Shown: positions 53,126 to 63,471, counted from the first letter of the stretch. The stretch: DNA of 64,000 nucleotides from Pseudomonadota bacterium (GCA_028344535.1 JAOMBK010000005.1:869-64868), one strand, 5' to 3'. Made by a program: numbers and translations. The notes: generated by a model not told the origin, from the letters alone.

Positions 53126-54280
53126 ATGAAGAGAACCCTTCTTATTTTTGCATGCCTTCTTCTAGCTTTTATTGCATGGGTTTTTCCTTATATTGATGAA
53201 CTGCGTGACCAGGGTCTAACAATGGATACGGCATATGGCTATTTCTTTGGTGGACCAGATCACCCTTTCGATCCTAATGATGCAGTTCCCCAACTTGATT
53301 ATTCAAAAGTAAGCTCATGGGCATCTCTTCCATTCATAGAAGATGAGGCAGACTTGATTCCTGCAGGAGAAGAGGGCGCCGATCAACTAAACTCAAAAGT
53401 GGATGTATTCTTTGTCCATCCAACTGGATATTTAAAAGGACATCACTGGACTGACCCCCTCGAAGAAGAGTCAGCGACAAAAGAAAATACCCAATGGATG
53501 ATGGCCAATCAAGCAAGTGCCTACAACGGTTGTTGTAGCATTTATGCCCCTCATTATCGTCAAGCATCTATTTATAGTTATTTTGGGACCGATGAACTTC
53601 GTGAGGAGGTTCATGCATTCGTTTATCAAGATGTAAAAAAATCTTTTGAGCACTTTATCGATAACTTCAGCACTGGAAGACCATTTATTCTTGCAAGCCA
53701 CAGTCAAGGCACGCATCATTCTATTAGATTGCTAGCAGAAGAAATCGATGGGACAGATTTATACTCCAGGATGGTGGGAGCTTATATTATTGGTGGCACA
53801 ATTTCTAAGGATAGAATGAATGAAATGAGCGATATTTCTATTTGTGATAGCCCAGCTCAATTAGGCTGTCTCGTTCATTGGGATACATACAATGAAAACT
53901 ATCTGAATAAGGAAATGCCAATTTATAGAAATAATATTTGTGTTAATCCTATCACCTGGAAAAACGAAGGGAGCTTATCTGATCTTGCTGATGCCAGAGG
54001 TGCTGTCTATGTTTCAGGTGAATTTGCATTAGATTTCATTGGTGATGATGGCCCTAAGGGAGAAACTTTTGGTCCTTTGGAGGCACCGCTCAAGCAATAC
54101 GTTCAAGCTCAATGCAAAAATGGATTGCTTTTTGCATCTGATCAAACAGGAACCAGATTTCAGGCCTTTGGTGGCTCTGAAGGAAATTATCATGGTTTAG
54201 ATTACGCGCTTTTTTATATGGATATTCGAGAGAATGCCATACTTAAAGTTAAGACTTACCTAGACAATATTTCTCAATAA
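53126..54280 (+). CDS. DUF3089-like alpha/beta hydrolase
   Basis: 384 aa with an N-terminal anchor, DVFFVHPTGY and ILASHSQGT (nucleophile elbow). Confidence 0.55.
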   Translation: MKRTLLIFACLLLAFIAWVFPYIDELRDQGLTMDTAYGYFFGGPDHPFDPNDAVPQLDYSKVSSWASLPFIEDEADLIPAGEEGADQLNSKVDVFFVHPTGYLKGHHWTDPLEEESATKENTQWMMANQASAYNGCCSIYAPHYRQASIYSYFGTDELREEVHAFVYQDVKKSFEHFIDNFSTGRPFILASHSQGTHHSIRLLAEEIDGTDLYSRMVGAYIIGGTISKDRMNEMSDISICDSPAQLGCLVHWDTYNENYLNKEMPIYRNNICVNPITWKNEGSLSDLADARGAVYVSGEFALDFIGDDGPKGETFGPLEAPLKQYVQAQCKNGLLFASDQTGTRFQAFGGSEGNYHGLDYALFYMDIRENAILKVKTYLDNISQ

Positions 54281-54294
54281 GACAAAATTTATTT

Positions 54295-54618
54295 ATGTCA
54301 GCATATTTATCTTTATTAGGCGCAATTATTTTTGAAGTTGCAGGAACTTTAATGCTTCCTCTTACAAAGGAGTTCTCTGAAAAGCTACCTACCGTGATTA
54401 TGAGTATTTGTTATTTCGCCTCATTCTATTTCTTAACACTTGCTTTAAGAGCCATCCCCCTTGCTATTGTTTATGCGTGCTGGAGTGGTTTAGGAGTATT
54501 ATCAATCGCAGTTTTATCTTATTTTATCTATGGTCAGGGTTTAAGCTGGCAAGCAATTTTAGGATTATTCTTAATAGTAAACGGAGTAATTCTTGTTAAT
54601 ATATATTCAACTCAATAA
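54295..54618 (+). CDS. SMR family small multidrug resistance transporter
   Basis: 107 aa, 4 TM segments, with the conserved membrane Glu in AIIFEVAGT. Confidence 0.8.
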   Translation: MSAYLSLLGAIIFEVAGTLMLPLTKEFSEKLPTVIMSICYFASFYFLTLALRAIPLAIVYACWSGLGVLSIAVLSYFIYGQGLSWQAILGLFLIVNGVILVNIYSTQ

Positions 54619-54636
54619 CTCATCACTAAGGATAAT

Positions 54637-55338
54637 ATGACAGATTCAATTGCCACCCTATCTCAAGAAAATGATATTTCCATTATCAAGCTCGATGATG
54701 GTAAGGCTAATGCTTTTTCATACGACATGCTTTCTCAAGTTAATGAACTGTTAGCCAAGGTACCAAGAGACTCTGGAGCGCTTGTTATAACTGGAAGAGA
54801 AGGCTTGTTTTCAGGTGGATTTGATTTAAAAACATTAGCAACTGGTGATATGGAAAAAATTACAAAGATGGTGCAGTTGGGCTATCGTCTTCTGTTGGAA
54901 CTTTTTTCATTTGATAGACCCATTGTTGCAGCTGTTTCGGGCCATTCAATTGCATTAGGCTTGTTCTTGACCTGCTCAGCAGATTATAGGATTGCTATAG
55001 ATGGTCAATATGTATGCCAGGCAAATGAAGTTCGAAACAATATGGACATCCCAACACAAATCATGGAAATTCTTAAGGCCAGAGTAAATAAAAATTATTT
55101 TTATCCTGCAGTTTTTCATGCAGATGCATATTCTGTTCAGGATTCAATTGCGGTAGGTTATATTGATGAAGTTGTTCCAGAGGACAAATTTATGGACAGG
55201 GTTATGGAGAAAGCTGCAGAGTTAGCAACATTGCCACATCCCTTTTATGCCAATACAAAAAAATCTGCTCAAGAGGATGTGAGATCAAAGATCTCAGATG
55301 CAATAGAAAAATATGAAAACTTAGTGGACCTAAATTAG
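54637..55338 (+). CDS. enoyl-CoA hydratase/isomerase (crotonase) family protein
   Basis: 233 aa with DDGKANAF and GREGLFSGGFDLK (oxyanion-hole motif). Confidence 0.75.
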   Translation: MTDSIATLSQENDISIIKLDDGKANAFSYDMLSQVNELLAKVPRDSGALVITGREGLFSGGFDLKTLATGDMEKITKMVQLGYRLLLELFSFDRPIVAAVSGHSIALGLFLTCSADYRIAIDGQYVCQANEVRNNMDIPTQIMEILKARVNKNYFYPAVFHADAYSVQDSIAVGYIDEVVPEDKFMDRVMEKAAELATLPHPFYANTKKSAQEDVRSKISDAIEKYENLVDLN

Positions 55339-55371
55339 AACTACATATTAAAAACATATAGACTACCCACC

Positions 55372-55962
55372 ATGAGCAAATATAAAATCTTTATCCCTGA
55401 GCATTTGCGTGCATATAGACCAAGACCTCTCAGATGGCTGGGTAAATTTTTAATGAAGGTCACAGGCTGGAAAACTACCGGTCATCTTCCTAAAGATCAG
55501 CGCGTGGTACTGATCGCTGGTCCGCATACCTCAAATTGGGATTTTGTTCTTGCCATGTCACTTATATTAAGTCTTGATGTTCATATTCACTGGGTGGGCA
55601 AACATTCAATTTTTAAAAAAGGCTTTCGTAGATTGCTTAGAAAAATGGGTGGCATTCCTGTAAATAGAGCAAACCCAGAAGCACTAAAAAATGAAATTTA
55701 TAATGTTACTGAGAAATATAAAGGCTTTATCATCGCCATTGCCCCAGAGGGCACCAGAAAGAAAGTGGAAAGACTCAAGTCTGGTTTTTTGCGCATTGCC
55801 AATGAAACGAATAGTAAAATCATGATGGCAGGAATTGATTTCTCAAATAAGACAATTGAACTGGGTGATTTTTTTAGTCCCTCAGGTGATGTAGAGCAAG
55901 ATTTACAATTCATCACCGAGTATTTTTCTAACTTTGCAGGGAAACGCCCAGAACTGTCATAG
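55372..55962 (+). CDS. lysophospholipid/glycerol-phosphate acyltransferase family protein
   Basis: 196 aa with GPHTSNWDF (HX4D) and IAPEGTRKK. Confidence 0.75.
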   Translation: MSKYKIFIPEHLRAYRPRPLRWLGKFLMKVTGWKTTGHLPKDQRVVLIAGPHTSNWDFVLAMSLILSLDVHIHWVGKHSIFKKGFRRLLRKMGGIPVNRANPEALKNEIYNVTEKYKGFIIAIAPEGTRKKVERLKSGFLRIANETNSKIMMAGIDFSNKTIELGDFFSPSGDVEQDLQFITEYFSNFAGKRPELS

Positions 55963-55993
55963 AATCTCAAATAATCTTTTATTGGAGTAAAAA

Positions 55994-57451
55994 ATGTTAA
56001 AAAAATTATTCCTTTCAGTTCTTGTTATTCTTTTTATTTTCTTATCAATAGCTTTGTATAGGACTGTAACTCATACAGCTTCAGTTGTTGGAATTATCGA
56101 AGGCGAAACTATTGAAATTGATGGGGATAAGGCCAGTCAAAATCTAGCTGCGTCAATTAGATTTAAGACGATTTCTTATCAGGATGAAGAAAAGTTCCCT
56201 TTTGAGGAGTTTGATAATTTTATTAAATGGGCTGCGGCAACCTACCCAGAGTTTCATCAAGTCATGGAGATAGATCAGCATAAGCACTCGTTACTTTTTA
56301 AATGGCAAGGCAGTGATTCAACTCTGGCACCGATTTTGTTTGAAGGCCATCATGATGTTGTTCCTATAATCCCTGGTACTGAAAATCTTTGGCAAGAAAA
56401 TCCATTTGCTGGAGTCATCTCGAATAATAGAATTTGGGGACGAGGCGCACTGGATGATAAAAGCGGTGTCATTGGTTTAATGGAAGCCGCAACCTATCTG
56501 ATTAAAAATAATTTTAAGCCTAAGAGAACAACATATTTTAGCTTCGGCCATGATGAGGAGGTCGGTGGCAGCGGCGCAGCTTTAATCACAGAAAAGCTTA
56601 GACAAGAAGGCGTTCAACTTTCATGGTCGCTCGGTGAGGGCTCATTTGTAAATAAAGGGTTCTTTCCTGGTATAGATAAGTTTATTGCTCCCATTAATGT
56701 TGCTGAAAAAGGCAGCGCTAACCTTATGATTATTGCTACGGCCAAAGGAGGGCATTCTTCCACACCCCCCAAAAGAACAGCGGTTACAATTCTCGCAGAG
56801 GCTCTGGTAAAACTTGAAAAAGAACCTTTGCCTGGAAGCTTAGAAGGACTAAGTGCCGCTATGTTTAATGAAGTCAGTAAACATATGCCATTTGGATACC
56901 GTTTTCTATTTGCTAATAGGTGGTTATTTGGAGGAGTGCTCGATTCACAACTATCTTCAACACCAGTAATTAATGCAATGATTAGAACCACGACAGCTCC
57001 AACCATGCTAAATGGGAGCGTAAAGAGTAACGTTCTTCCAATTGAAGCAACAGCCCTAATTAACTTTAGGCTGCATCCCAGAGATACGACAGAAAGTGTT
57101 ACCAATCATGTTAGGAGTGTTGTTGGATCAAATGATGTAAAGGTTAGATTTTTAGGAGGCAGGGAAGCATCTGAAATATCTTCTTGGGATTCTCCTGGAT
57201 TTAAAATAGTCTCTTCTTCCTTAGAAAAAGTTTATGGCGAAATCGTTCCAGTTCCTGGCTTAATGATTGCAGCATCTGATACTAGGCACTACTCAAAAAT
57301 TGCTGACAATTCTTTTAGGTTTAATCCGTTTTTTATCGTTCCAGAGGACATGACTGGTATTCACGGAACCAATGAAAGCATAGATGTTGATAGCTTTATC
57401 TCAGGCATCAAAACATATGTTGAAATCATTAGAGAGGGATCTAGCAACTAG
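55994..57451 (+). CDS. M20 family metallopeptidase (membrane-anchored)
   Basis: 485 aa with GHHDVVP, GRGALDDKSG and GHDEEVGG metal-ligand motifs. Confidence 0.8.
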   Translation: MLKKLFLSVLVILFIFLSIALYRTVTHTASVVGIIEGETIEIDGDKASQNLAASIRFKTISYQDEEKFPFEEFDNFIKWAAATYPEFHQVMEIDQHKHSLLFKWQGSDSTLAPILFEGHHDVVPIIPGTENLWQENPFAGVISNNRIWGRGALDDKSGVIGLMEAATYLIKNNFKPKRTTYFSFGHDEEVGGSGAALITEKLRQEGVQLSWSLGEGSFVNKGFFPGIDKFIAPINVAEKGSANLMIIATAKGGHSSTPPKRTAVTILAEALVKLEKEPLPGSLEGLSAAMFNEVSKHMPFGYRFLFANRWLFGGVLDSQLSSTPVINAMIRTTTAPTMLNGSVKSNVLPIEATALINFRLHPRDTTESVTNHVRSVVGSNDVKVRFLGGREASEISSWDSPGFKIVSSSLEKVYGEIVPVPGLMIAASDTRHYSKIADNSFRFNPFFIVPEDMTGIHGTNESIDVDSFISGIKTYVEIIREGSSN

Positions 57452-57459
57452 AGCATCTT

Positions 57460-58194
57460 ATGGGCGCCACCAGTTTAGCCTTTAAAGTTTATTTAATTCT
57501 AGGTTTTGAATTGGCGGTCCTTTATGGCTGCACATTTTTTATTATTCAACAATGCAAGAAAGCCTTTTATGCAAATAAGACATTTTTAGGCATTGCTTTT
57601 GCAGAGGCCGTTAATCCAAATAGGCAGACTGATATTTGTATCGTGCAAAATAAAGCCACCACGCTATTTTTCTTTTGGTTTGTCTTATTTGCGATCATTT
57701 CAATGTGGACGGCTACAGCTTTCATAATTTTTTCAAGTTCATTTATTCAATTTATCTTTATGACTATTAGTGCCATATTTTATGGCTCTGTTATCGGTTT
57801 CATCATTATGGATATGGATGAAAATGATGGCATGACAGGTCTCAAAGGAGCAACTCTAACAACTGCTGCAATGTTTGTTTTGGTCTCTGTTAGCGGAATA
57901 AACTTTGCAAACCCAATTTTTGTATCAACAGTTGCCTCTCTAATCATAATGTTAATTATTTGGGAGCTTGCTACGCTTGTTAGAGGTATATCAAGAGGAG
58001 CACAAAAAATAAAAGCAGTAATAGGAATTATTATCTTCTCCATGTCATTGCTTGCCTCTATCAGCATGGTTAATGTAAGTTCTGATCAAGGTTTAAATGA
58101 TTGGAACACCGCGATCGATCTTGCCTTCAGTATGTACTTAAACATAATTAATATTATTTTGTATTTTCTAGAGGCCATGGGCAGCTATTCATAG
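57460..58194 (+). CDS. Bax-inhibitor-1/YccA-like 7-TM membrane protein
   Basis: 244 aa. The C-terminal AFSMYLNIINIILYFLEAMG resembles the BI-1 family tail. Confidence 0.45.
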   Translation: MGATSLAFKVYLILGFELAVLYGCTFFIIQQCKKAFYANKTFLGIAFAEAVNPNRQTDICIVQNKATTLFFFWFVLFAIISMWTATAFIIFSSSFIQFIFMTISAIFYGSVIGFIIMDMDENDGMTGLKGATLTTAAMFVLVSVSGINFANPIFVSTVASLIIMLIIWELATLVRGISRGAQKIKAVIGIIIFSMSLLASISMVNVSSDQGLNDWNTAIDLAFSMYLNIINIILYFLEAMGSYS

Positions 58195-58198
58195 AAAA

Positions 58199-58699
58199 AT
58201 GAATCCCCAATATAAACTACACACCTTTTCTGATGGAACTACTAATGAGGCTCAACTTCAGTCAATCTATGACCTAAATCAGTCAAATACTCCAGAGGTT
58301 GGTTCGTTGGAGTCTACGAACCATTTAAAACAATTAATAGAACTAAGCGCATACAATTTATTGGTACTAGACGATGATAAGATTGTTGGATTTATAATCT
58401 GTATGAGAGAGGGCTCAGGTTATGGATCCGAAAATTATAAATTTTTTACTCAAAGGCTTAAGAAATTTCTCTATGTAGACAGGATTGCAATTGATGAACA
58501 ACATAGAAGAGCAGGCTTGGGACAAGCTATCTATGAAAACATATTTGTCCAAGCTAAAAATAATGATTTACCAATAGCATTAGAGGTAAATACCCAGCCT
58601 CTTAACCAGCCTTCTTTAAACTTTCATGAAAAGATGGGCTTTGACAAAGTTGGTGTCAGGGATTTCGATGATCATAGTGTTGCTTACTTTATTAAATAA
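58199..58699 (+). CDS. GNAT family N-acetyltransferase
   Basis: 166 aa with DEQHRRAGLGQAIY (motif A). Confidence 0.75.
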   Translation: MNPQYKLHTFSDGTTNEAQLQSIYDLNQSNTPEVGSLESTNHLKQLIELSAYNLLVLDDDKIVGFIICMREGSGYGSENYKFFTQRLKKFLYVDRIAIDEQHRRAGLGQAIYENIFVQAKNNDLPIALEVNTQPLNQPSLNFHEKMGFDKVGVRDFDDHSVAYFIK

Positions 58700-58703
58700 T
58701 TTT

Positions 58704-59426
58704 ATGAAACATCTATTCTGTTCATTGATTCTAATTCTTTTTATAGCTGGCTGCGGTTCATCATCTCAGAACCCCATTCAGTTGAAGGACTTTACCAATG
58801 ATGAGCCTGTAAAAAAATTAGGCCACAGGCTAATTAATCTTCCTTTTGGTCTAAATACATTGGAGCCAAGCTCAGAGGAAGCGCAGGAGATTTTTATAGC
58901 CGTCCACGGAGGCAGCAGCGAGGGTTATGAATGGATACATCCCATCAAAACCATCGATACAAGGCAAAAGCATATGTATTTTTATCGCTGGCCTGATAAT
59001 GGCTGTTTTCAAGATTCAGCAGAAAAATTATCAAATCAAATCAATGATATTTTGAATCAAGATAAATCTATAACAAAAGTTTCACTAATGGGTCACAGCT
59101 ATGGGGGAATATTGGTTTCTCATGTTTTAAAACATTGGAAAGCAACCACTCCAATTGAAGTTCATGTTGTAGCCTCGCCCTTATTGGGCACCTCGATGTT
59201 AAAAAATATTTGTGGCTACGAACCCATTGAGAAGATTTTATATAACACAGCGCTCTTTGAATGGAGAACTCAACATCAACTTGATAGCGCATACAAAAAT
59301 TTGTCAGAGGACCCCCAACAGATAAATATACAGGGCAGTCATGTAACCATTCTTCCAGACACCTATAAAGGCAATCGTCTTGGGCATAACTGGTCAATTA
59401 GCTGGGTTGCAGATGAAGCTTTTTAA
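58704..59426 (+). CDS. lipoprotein, alpha/beta hydrolase (lipase/esterase-like)
   Basis: Starts MKHLFCSLILILFIAGC (lipobox) and has the GHSYGG nucleophile elbow. The track start at 58626 lies inside the GNAT gene. Confidence 0.6.
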   Translation: MKHLFCSLILILFIAGCGSSSQNPIQLKDFTNDEPVKKLGHRLINLPFGLNTLEPSSEEAQEIFIAVHGGSSEGYEWIHPIKTIDTRQKHMYFYRWPDNGCFQDSAEKLSNQINDILNQDKSITKVSLMGHSYGGILVSHVLKHWKATTPIEVHVVASPLLGTSMLKNICGYEPIEKILYNTALFEWRTQHQLDSAYKNLSEDPQQINIQGSHVTILPDTYKGNRLGHNWSISWVADEAF

Positions 59427-59493
59427 TCCACTGACTCCTATTTAATAACTTCAAGGCTTAAGTTAAACTAACTTTTTTTAAATAAGGACTATC

Positions 59494-60468
59494 ATGCCGC
59501 TTCCAAAAATTTTACAAGATAATTTAGCAATTCCAGTAATTGGCTCACCACTTTTTCTAGTATCTGGACCAGAATTAGTGATTGCACAGTGCAAGGCAGG
59601 AATTGTAGGCTCGTTCCCAGCATTGAATGCACGACCTCAACATGTGCTTGAAGAATGGCTAATTAGAATTAAAGAAGAATTAGCTCAAGCAAAGGCTGAA
59701 AATCCAGAATTACCCATTGCTCCTTATGCGGTTAATCAAATTTGTCATGCATCTAATGATAGATTGATGGGTGATATGGAGCTATGTGTAAAGCATGAAG
59801 CTCCAATCATTATTACCTCCTTAAGACCGCCTGAAGAAATTGTTACAGCCGCTCATTCATATGGCGGGCTTGTCTATCATGATGTCATCAGTGTCAGACA
59901 TGCAAAAAAAGCTGCTGAACAAGGAGTTGATGGTTTGATTCTAGTCTGTGCTGGAGCTGGTGGGCATGCTGGCACACTGTCTCCTTTTGCTTTGGTTAGA
60001 GAGGTTAGAGAATTTTTTGATGGAACAATTATTCTTTCTGGCTCTATAAGTTCTGGAAGCGCAGTTGCATCAAGCTTAGCTCTAGGAGCTGATCTTGCAT
60101 ATCTGGGAACTCGGTTCATTGCTACTGAGGAAGCTAATGCTGATCAAGGATACAAAGATATGCTGATCGATAGTGTTGCTGATGATATCGTATATTCATC
60201 TTTATTTACCGGCGTTCATGGTAACTACTTAAAGGGTTCAGTTGAGAATGCTGGTTTAGATCCAAATGATCTACCTGAGGCAGATAAATCATCAATGAAT
60301 TTTGGCTCAGGGGGTAACACCGATGCGAAAGCATGGAAAGATATCTGGGGTTCTGGTCAAGGCATTGGCTCAATCAAAGACTCGCCATCAGTTCAAACTT
60401 TAGTTAATCAATTAACCTCAGAATTTAAAGAGGCTGTTGAAGATTTAAATCAAAAATCTACTTATTAA
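59494..60468 (+). CDS. nitronate monooxygenase (NMO / 2-nitropropane dioxygenase family)
   Basis: 324 aa with GSFPALN and VCAGAGGHAG. Confidence 0.85.
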   Translation: MPLPKILQDNLAIPVIGSPLFLVSGPELVIAQCKAGIVGSFPALNARPQHVLEEWLIRIKEELAQAKAENPELPIAPYAVNQICHASNDRLMGDMELCVKHEAPIIITSLRPPEEIVTAAHSYGGLVYHDVISVRHAKKAAEQGVDGLILVCAGAGGHAGTLSPFALVREVREFFDGTIILSGSISSGSAVASSLALGADLAYLGTRFIATEEANADQGYKDMLIDSVADDIVYSSLFTGVHGNYLKGSVENAGLDPNDLPEADKSSMNFGSGGNTDAKAWKDIWGSGQGIGSIKDSPSVQTLVNQLTSEFKEAVEDLNQKSTY

Positions 60469-60475
60469 TTTACGA

Positions 60476-60892
60476 TTATAAGTCTCCATCTTTTCTGTGC
60501 TCACTGCGATCAATTTCGAATTTTTCTCCATACCTTGCTTCAAGCTTATCTTGGTTTTCTTTGATTACTTCATAGGGATCAAGTTTTAAAGCCATACAGG
60601 CTGTAGCCCAATACCACATAATGTCTCCCAGCTCTCTTTTCATATGAAAAATATTATCTTCTGATGCTGGTTTGCCTTGGAGGAACATCTTCTTCACTAT
60701 TTCCACAAACTCGCCTGTCTCACTGCCTAATCCTAGTGCGGCTGTTAACAGCCTAGCAGACTCTATTGGAGCAGAGGAATCAATTTCCTTCATGCGTGCA
60801 TCTAAACTGCTTTGATCCAAGCTTGGCTCACTTGTTACCTTGGTAACAAACTCCCCATAACTATTTAAAAATTTTCTTACTTCATCACTCAT
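60476..60892 (-). CDS. MazG-like nucleoside triphosphate pyrophosphohydrolase
   Basis: 138 aa with GLGSETGEFVEIVKK and ELGDIMWYWA (EExxE/D metal motifs). Lies 9 nt downstream of the glycosyltransferase gene. Confidence 0.75.
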   Translation of the reverse strand: MSDEVRKFLNSYGEFVTKVTSEPSLDQSSLDARMKEIDSSAPIESARLLTAALGLGSETGEFVEIVKKMFLQGKPASEDNIFHMKRELGDIMWYWATACMALKLDPYEVIKENQDKLEARYGEKFEIDRSEHRKDGDL

Positions 60893-60901
60893 AAAATTCT
60901 C

Positions 60902-61903
60902 CTATTGTTTAAGTGGACTAATTTTCCAATCAAGGGATTCAAGAAAACTAGATTCGGTAGCCTTTTCTAAATCTAACACTACATTATTTTTTAAATCTAT
61001 ACCGCTGATCAAAGCATAGTCATTTAAAGATCTCTCACTCCCAAGGTTCATAGGCTCTTCAACGTTTCCAGCAAATAAATTATCTAGCCTATTTAAACTC
61101 TTTCTATCTAATTCAGTCCATTTAATCGCTCTATTTTCATCATCCTCTCGATCCCAGTGAAGTTTCCTGGGCAGATTGCTAGTATCTGTATAGAGATGGA
61201 ATAAAGGTGCATCAGGTATATGAAAAAATGAATAGCCATGAGTAAACGCCCGCAATGCCATTGAAAGTTCTTCTCCATAAAAATAATAATTTGGATCATA
61301 GGGTATTTCTTTGACAAAAGAGCCCTTGGTAAAAATACAACCTGCAGCCATTAGTATTGCATGAGTAATGCTTTCAGATTTAGTCGGCATCCCAATTTGT
61401 CTTGAAAATGAACCTGAAGAAAATAAACTATCTTTTCTATACATGATCACCTGGGTAAATTTATCTTCCATATGAAGACCAAATTCTCCCTTTTCAAAAT
61501 CAATAACCTCAAAACCCCTAGGATAAGACGTAATTATTGGCTTTTTAAAATATCGATCATCTGACTCTAGAGATGAAATTTTGCTTAGTTGATCAATAAA
61601 AGCTACATCCCAATTTGGTGCAAATTGAGTATGAGAGTCTATTTGTAAAAAATAATCTTCATTATCAAAAAAGCTTTGTGCTCGATGTCTTGCCCAGCAT
61701 GGCCCTTTAGAAAAAAGTGGATCAATATGCTCGTAATGAATTTGATTTCTAAACTCTATTTCTTCAACTTTAATTCCGTTATCTGATTGATCACAAACAC
61801 TAAAAATAAGCTGATCTTTATTTTGTGCATTTTTGTAAGCACTAAATATCGTAGAAACTAACAGCGGGTCTTGATAAGATGCAATTGAAATAAATATGCT
61901 CAT
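60902..61903 (-). CDS. GT-A glycosyltransferase resembling the GlcNAc-transferase (Gnt1/GT60, Pfam GlcNAc) family
   Basis: 333 aa with N-terminal IFISIASYQDPLL..T, matching the IF.SIASYRDPEL signature as I recall it, and QIDSHTQF..NWD (DxH motif). Confidence 0.55.
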   Translation of the reverse strand: MSIFISIASYQDPLLVSTIFSAYKNAQNKDQLIFSVCDQSDNGIKVEEIEFRNQIHYEHIDPLFSKGPCWARHRAQSFFDNEDYFLQIDSHTQFAPNWDVAFIDQLSKISSLESDDRYFKKPIITSYPRGFEVIDFEKGEFGLHMEDKFTQVIMYRKDSLFSSGSFSRQIGMPTKSESITHAILMAAGCIFTKGSFVKEIPYDPNYYFYGEELSMALRAFTHGYSFFHIPDAPLFHLYTDTSNLPRKLHWDREDDENRAIKWTELDRKSLNRLDNLFAGNVEEPMNLGSERSLNDYALISGIDLKNNVVLDLEKATESSFLESLDWKISPLKQ

Positions 61904-61947
61904 TTTTAAGTGTTCATTAAATAGTTAGCATACAATTATTTGTAATT

Positions 61948-62586
61948 ATGACTAAGGAATTTCCAAAAAAAATTGCTGACAATGTAATGATGCATTCTGC
62001 AGATCCTATTTTGTATGTGGTAAATGAGTTTTTAAGCAATGATGAATGCGATGCTTTTATTGAGGCCTCAAAGGGAAAGCTCAAACCTTCAACAGTTATA
62101 AGCCCAGATAAGCACATTCAACATGAAAGTAGAACAAGTGAAAATTGCTGGATAGAGCACAATGCTAATGAGATTGTTCATGAAGTCAGTAAGAGATTTT
62201 CAATCTTGGTTCAAATGCCAATCCGAAATGCTGAACAATATCAGCTTGTATATTATAAAAAGGGCACTGAATATAAACCTCATTTTGATTCTTTTGATTA
62301 CGAAACTGAGGATGGTAAAAACAATTGGGAGCCTGGTGGCCAACGTATGATTACTGTGATTGCCTATTTAAATGATGTTGAGGATGGTGGAGAAACAGGT
62401 TTTCCAGAACTTGGGATAAATATTCCACCAAAAAAAGGAGATGCAGTAGTTTTTCATAATACTCTATCAAATGTTGCTGATACTCACCCAAAAATTAATC
62501 CAAGATCTTTGCACGGAGGCATGCCTGTTATCAAAGGCGAGAAGTGGATGGTCAATCTTTGGTTTAGAGAAAACCTAAGGTACTAG
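61948..62586 (+). CDS. prolyl 4-hydroxylase-type 2OG-Fe(II) oxygenase
   Basis: 212 aa with HFDSFD (HxD), LHGGMPV (distal His) and GEKWMVNLWFRE. Confidence 0.85.
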   Translation: MTKEFPKKIADNVMMHSADPILYVVNEFLSNDECDAFIEASKGKLKPSTVISPDKHIQHESRTSENCWIEHNANEIVHEVSKRFSILVQMPIRNAEQYQLVYYKKGTEYKPHFDSFDYETEDGKNNWEPGGQRMITVIAYLNDVEDGGETGFPELGINIPPKKGDAVVFHNTLSNVADTHPKINPRSLHGGMPVIKGEKWMVNLWFRENLRY

Positions 62587-63429
62587 CTACTTTAGTTTTA
62601 AAGAATTCTGACTAGTAACAATATTGAATAAATGATCTTGTGCTTCCGGCTTAAGCTGAGCCACTCCAACTGCCAACACATCAATGATCGCCATATAAGC
62701 GAGTCGTGAGGTAAGCGGTCTGGTCAATCTGGCATTTTCTCCAACATCAATATCCAGAGAAATATCACATATCCTAGATAGGGGCGTATTCGATGGCATC
62801 AGCCCAATCACAATCACTCCAAAACTTTTAACGGTTTTAATGCTTTCAACTAGGGCAGCAGTATTGCCAGATTGAGAGATGGCGACGACCACATCTCTAT
62901 CATTGAGAGAGTTTGCAGACATGAATTGAATGTGAGGATCAGAAATACAAGAGGATGGAATTTTGAGTCGGAAAAACTTGTGTTGAGCATCCATGGCTAT
63001 GGGCACAGATCCACCAAAAGCATAAAACTCAACTCTTTTGGCATTTGCTAAAGTTTCAATAGCCTCCTCAAGGGTTCCCTGATCAAGCTGTGACCTAACA
63101 TTTAAAATTTCACTGATGGTGCTATCAAACACCTTTTCAGTTAACTCTTGGATTGAATCTTCTGGATCAATTTCATAGGAATTAAAATAGTCATCTGCAG
63201 CAAGTTGCTGCGCAAGTGTCAGCTTGAATTTTTGGAAACCATCAAAATTAACCGCTTTGCAAAACCTTATCAGTGTAGGTTCACTGACGCCTATTTCACT
63301 AGAAGCTTGAGCTGTAGTGAGCTCAATAATAGCGCTTGGCTTGTTTAATATAAATTCAGCAACTTTGACTTCAGATTTTCTCAAGTTAGGTAGTGCTATT
63401 TTAATTTCTCTCAATAATTTAGTTTGCAT
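62587..63429 (-). CDS. MurR/RpiR family transcriptional regulator (HTH_6 + SIS)
   Basis: 280 aa with an N-terminal HTH (AQASSEIGVSEPTLIRFCK) and SIS motif VVAISQSGNT. Confidence 0.85.
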   Translation of the reverse strand: MQTKLLREIKIALPNLRKSEVKVAEFILNKPSAIIELTTAQASSEIGVSEPTLIRFCKAVNFDGFQKFKLTLAQQLAADDYFNSYEIDPEDSIQELTEKVFDSTISEILNVRSQLDQGTLEEAIETLANAKRVEFYAFGGSVPIAMDAQHKFFRLKIPSSCISDPHIQFMSANSLNDRDVVVAISQSGNTAALVESIKTVKSFGVIVIGLMPSNTPLSRICDISLDIDVGENARLTRPLTSRLAYMAIIDVLAVGVAQLKPEAQDHLFNIVTSQNSLKLK

Positions 63430-63471
63430 AAAGGTTAGAATAGGCTTCTTAGATTAAAAAATGAACCCCTA

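Noticed and set aside
60476-62586. Prophage remnant, because MazG, a 2OG-Fe(II) oxygenase and a glycosyltransferase are typical marine-phage auxiliary genes
   Set aside because: There are no integrase, terminase, capsid, tail or repressor genes, no att-like repeats and no tRNA nearby. The flanking genes are ordinary chromosomal functions.
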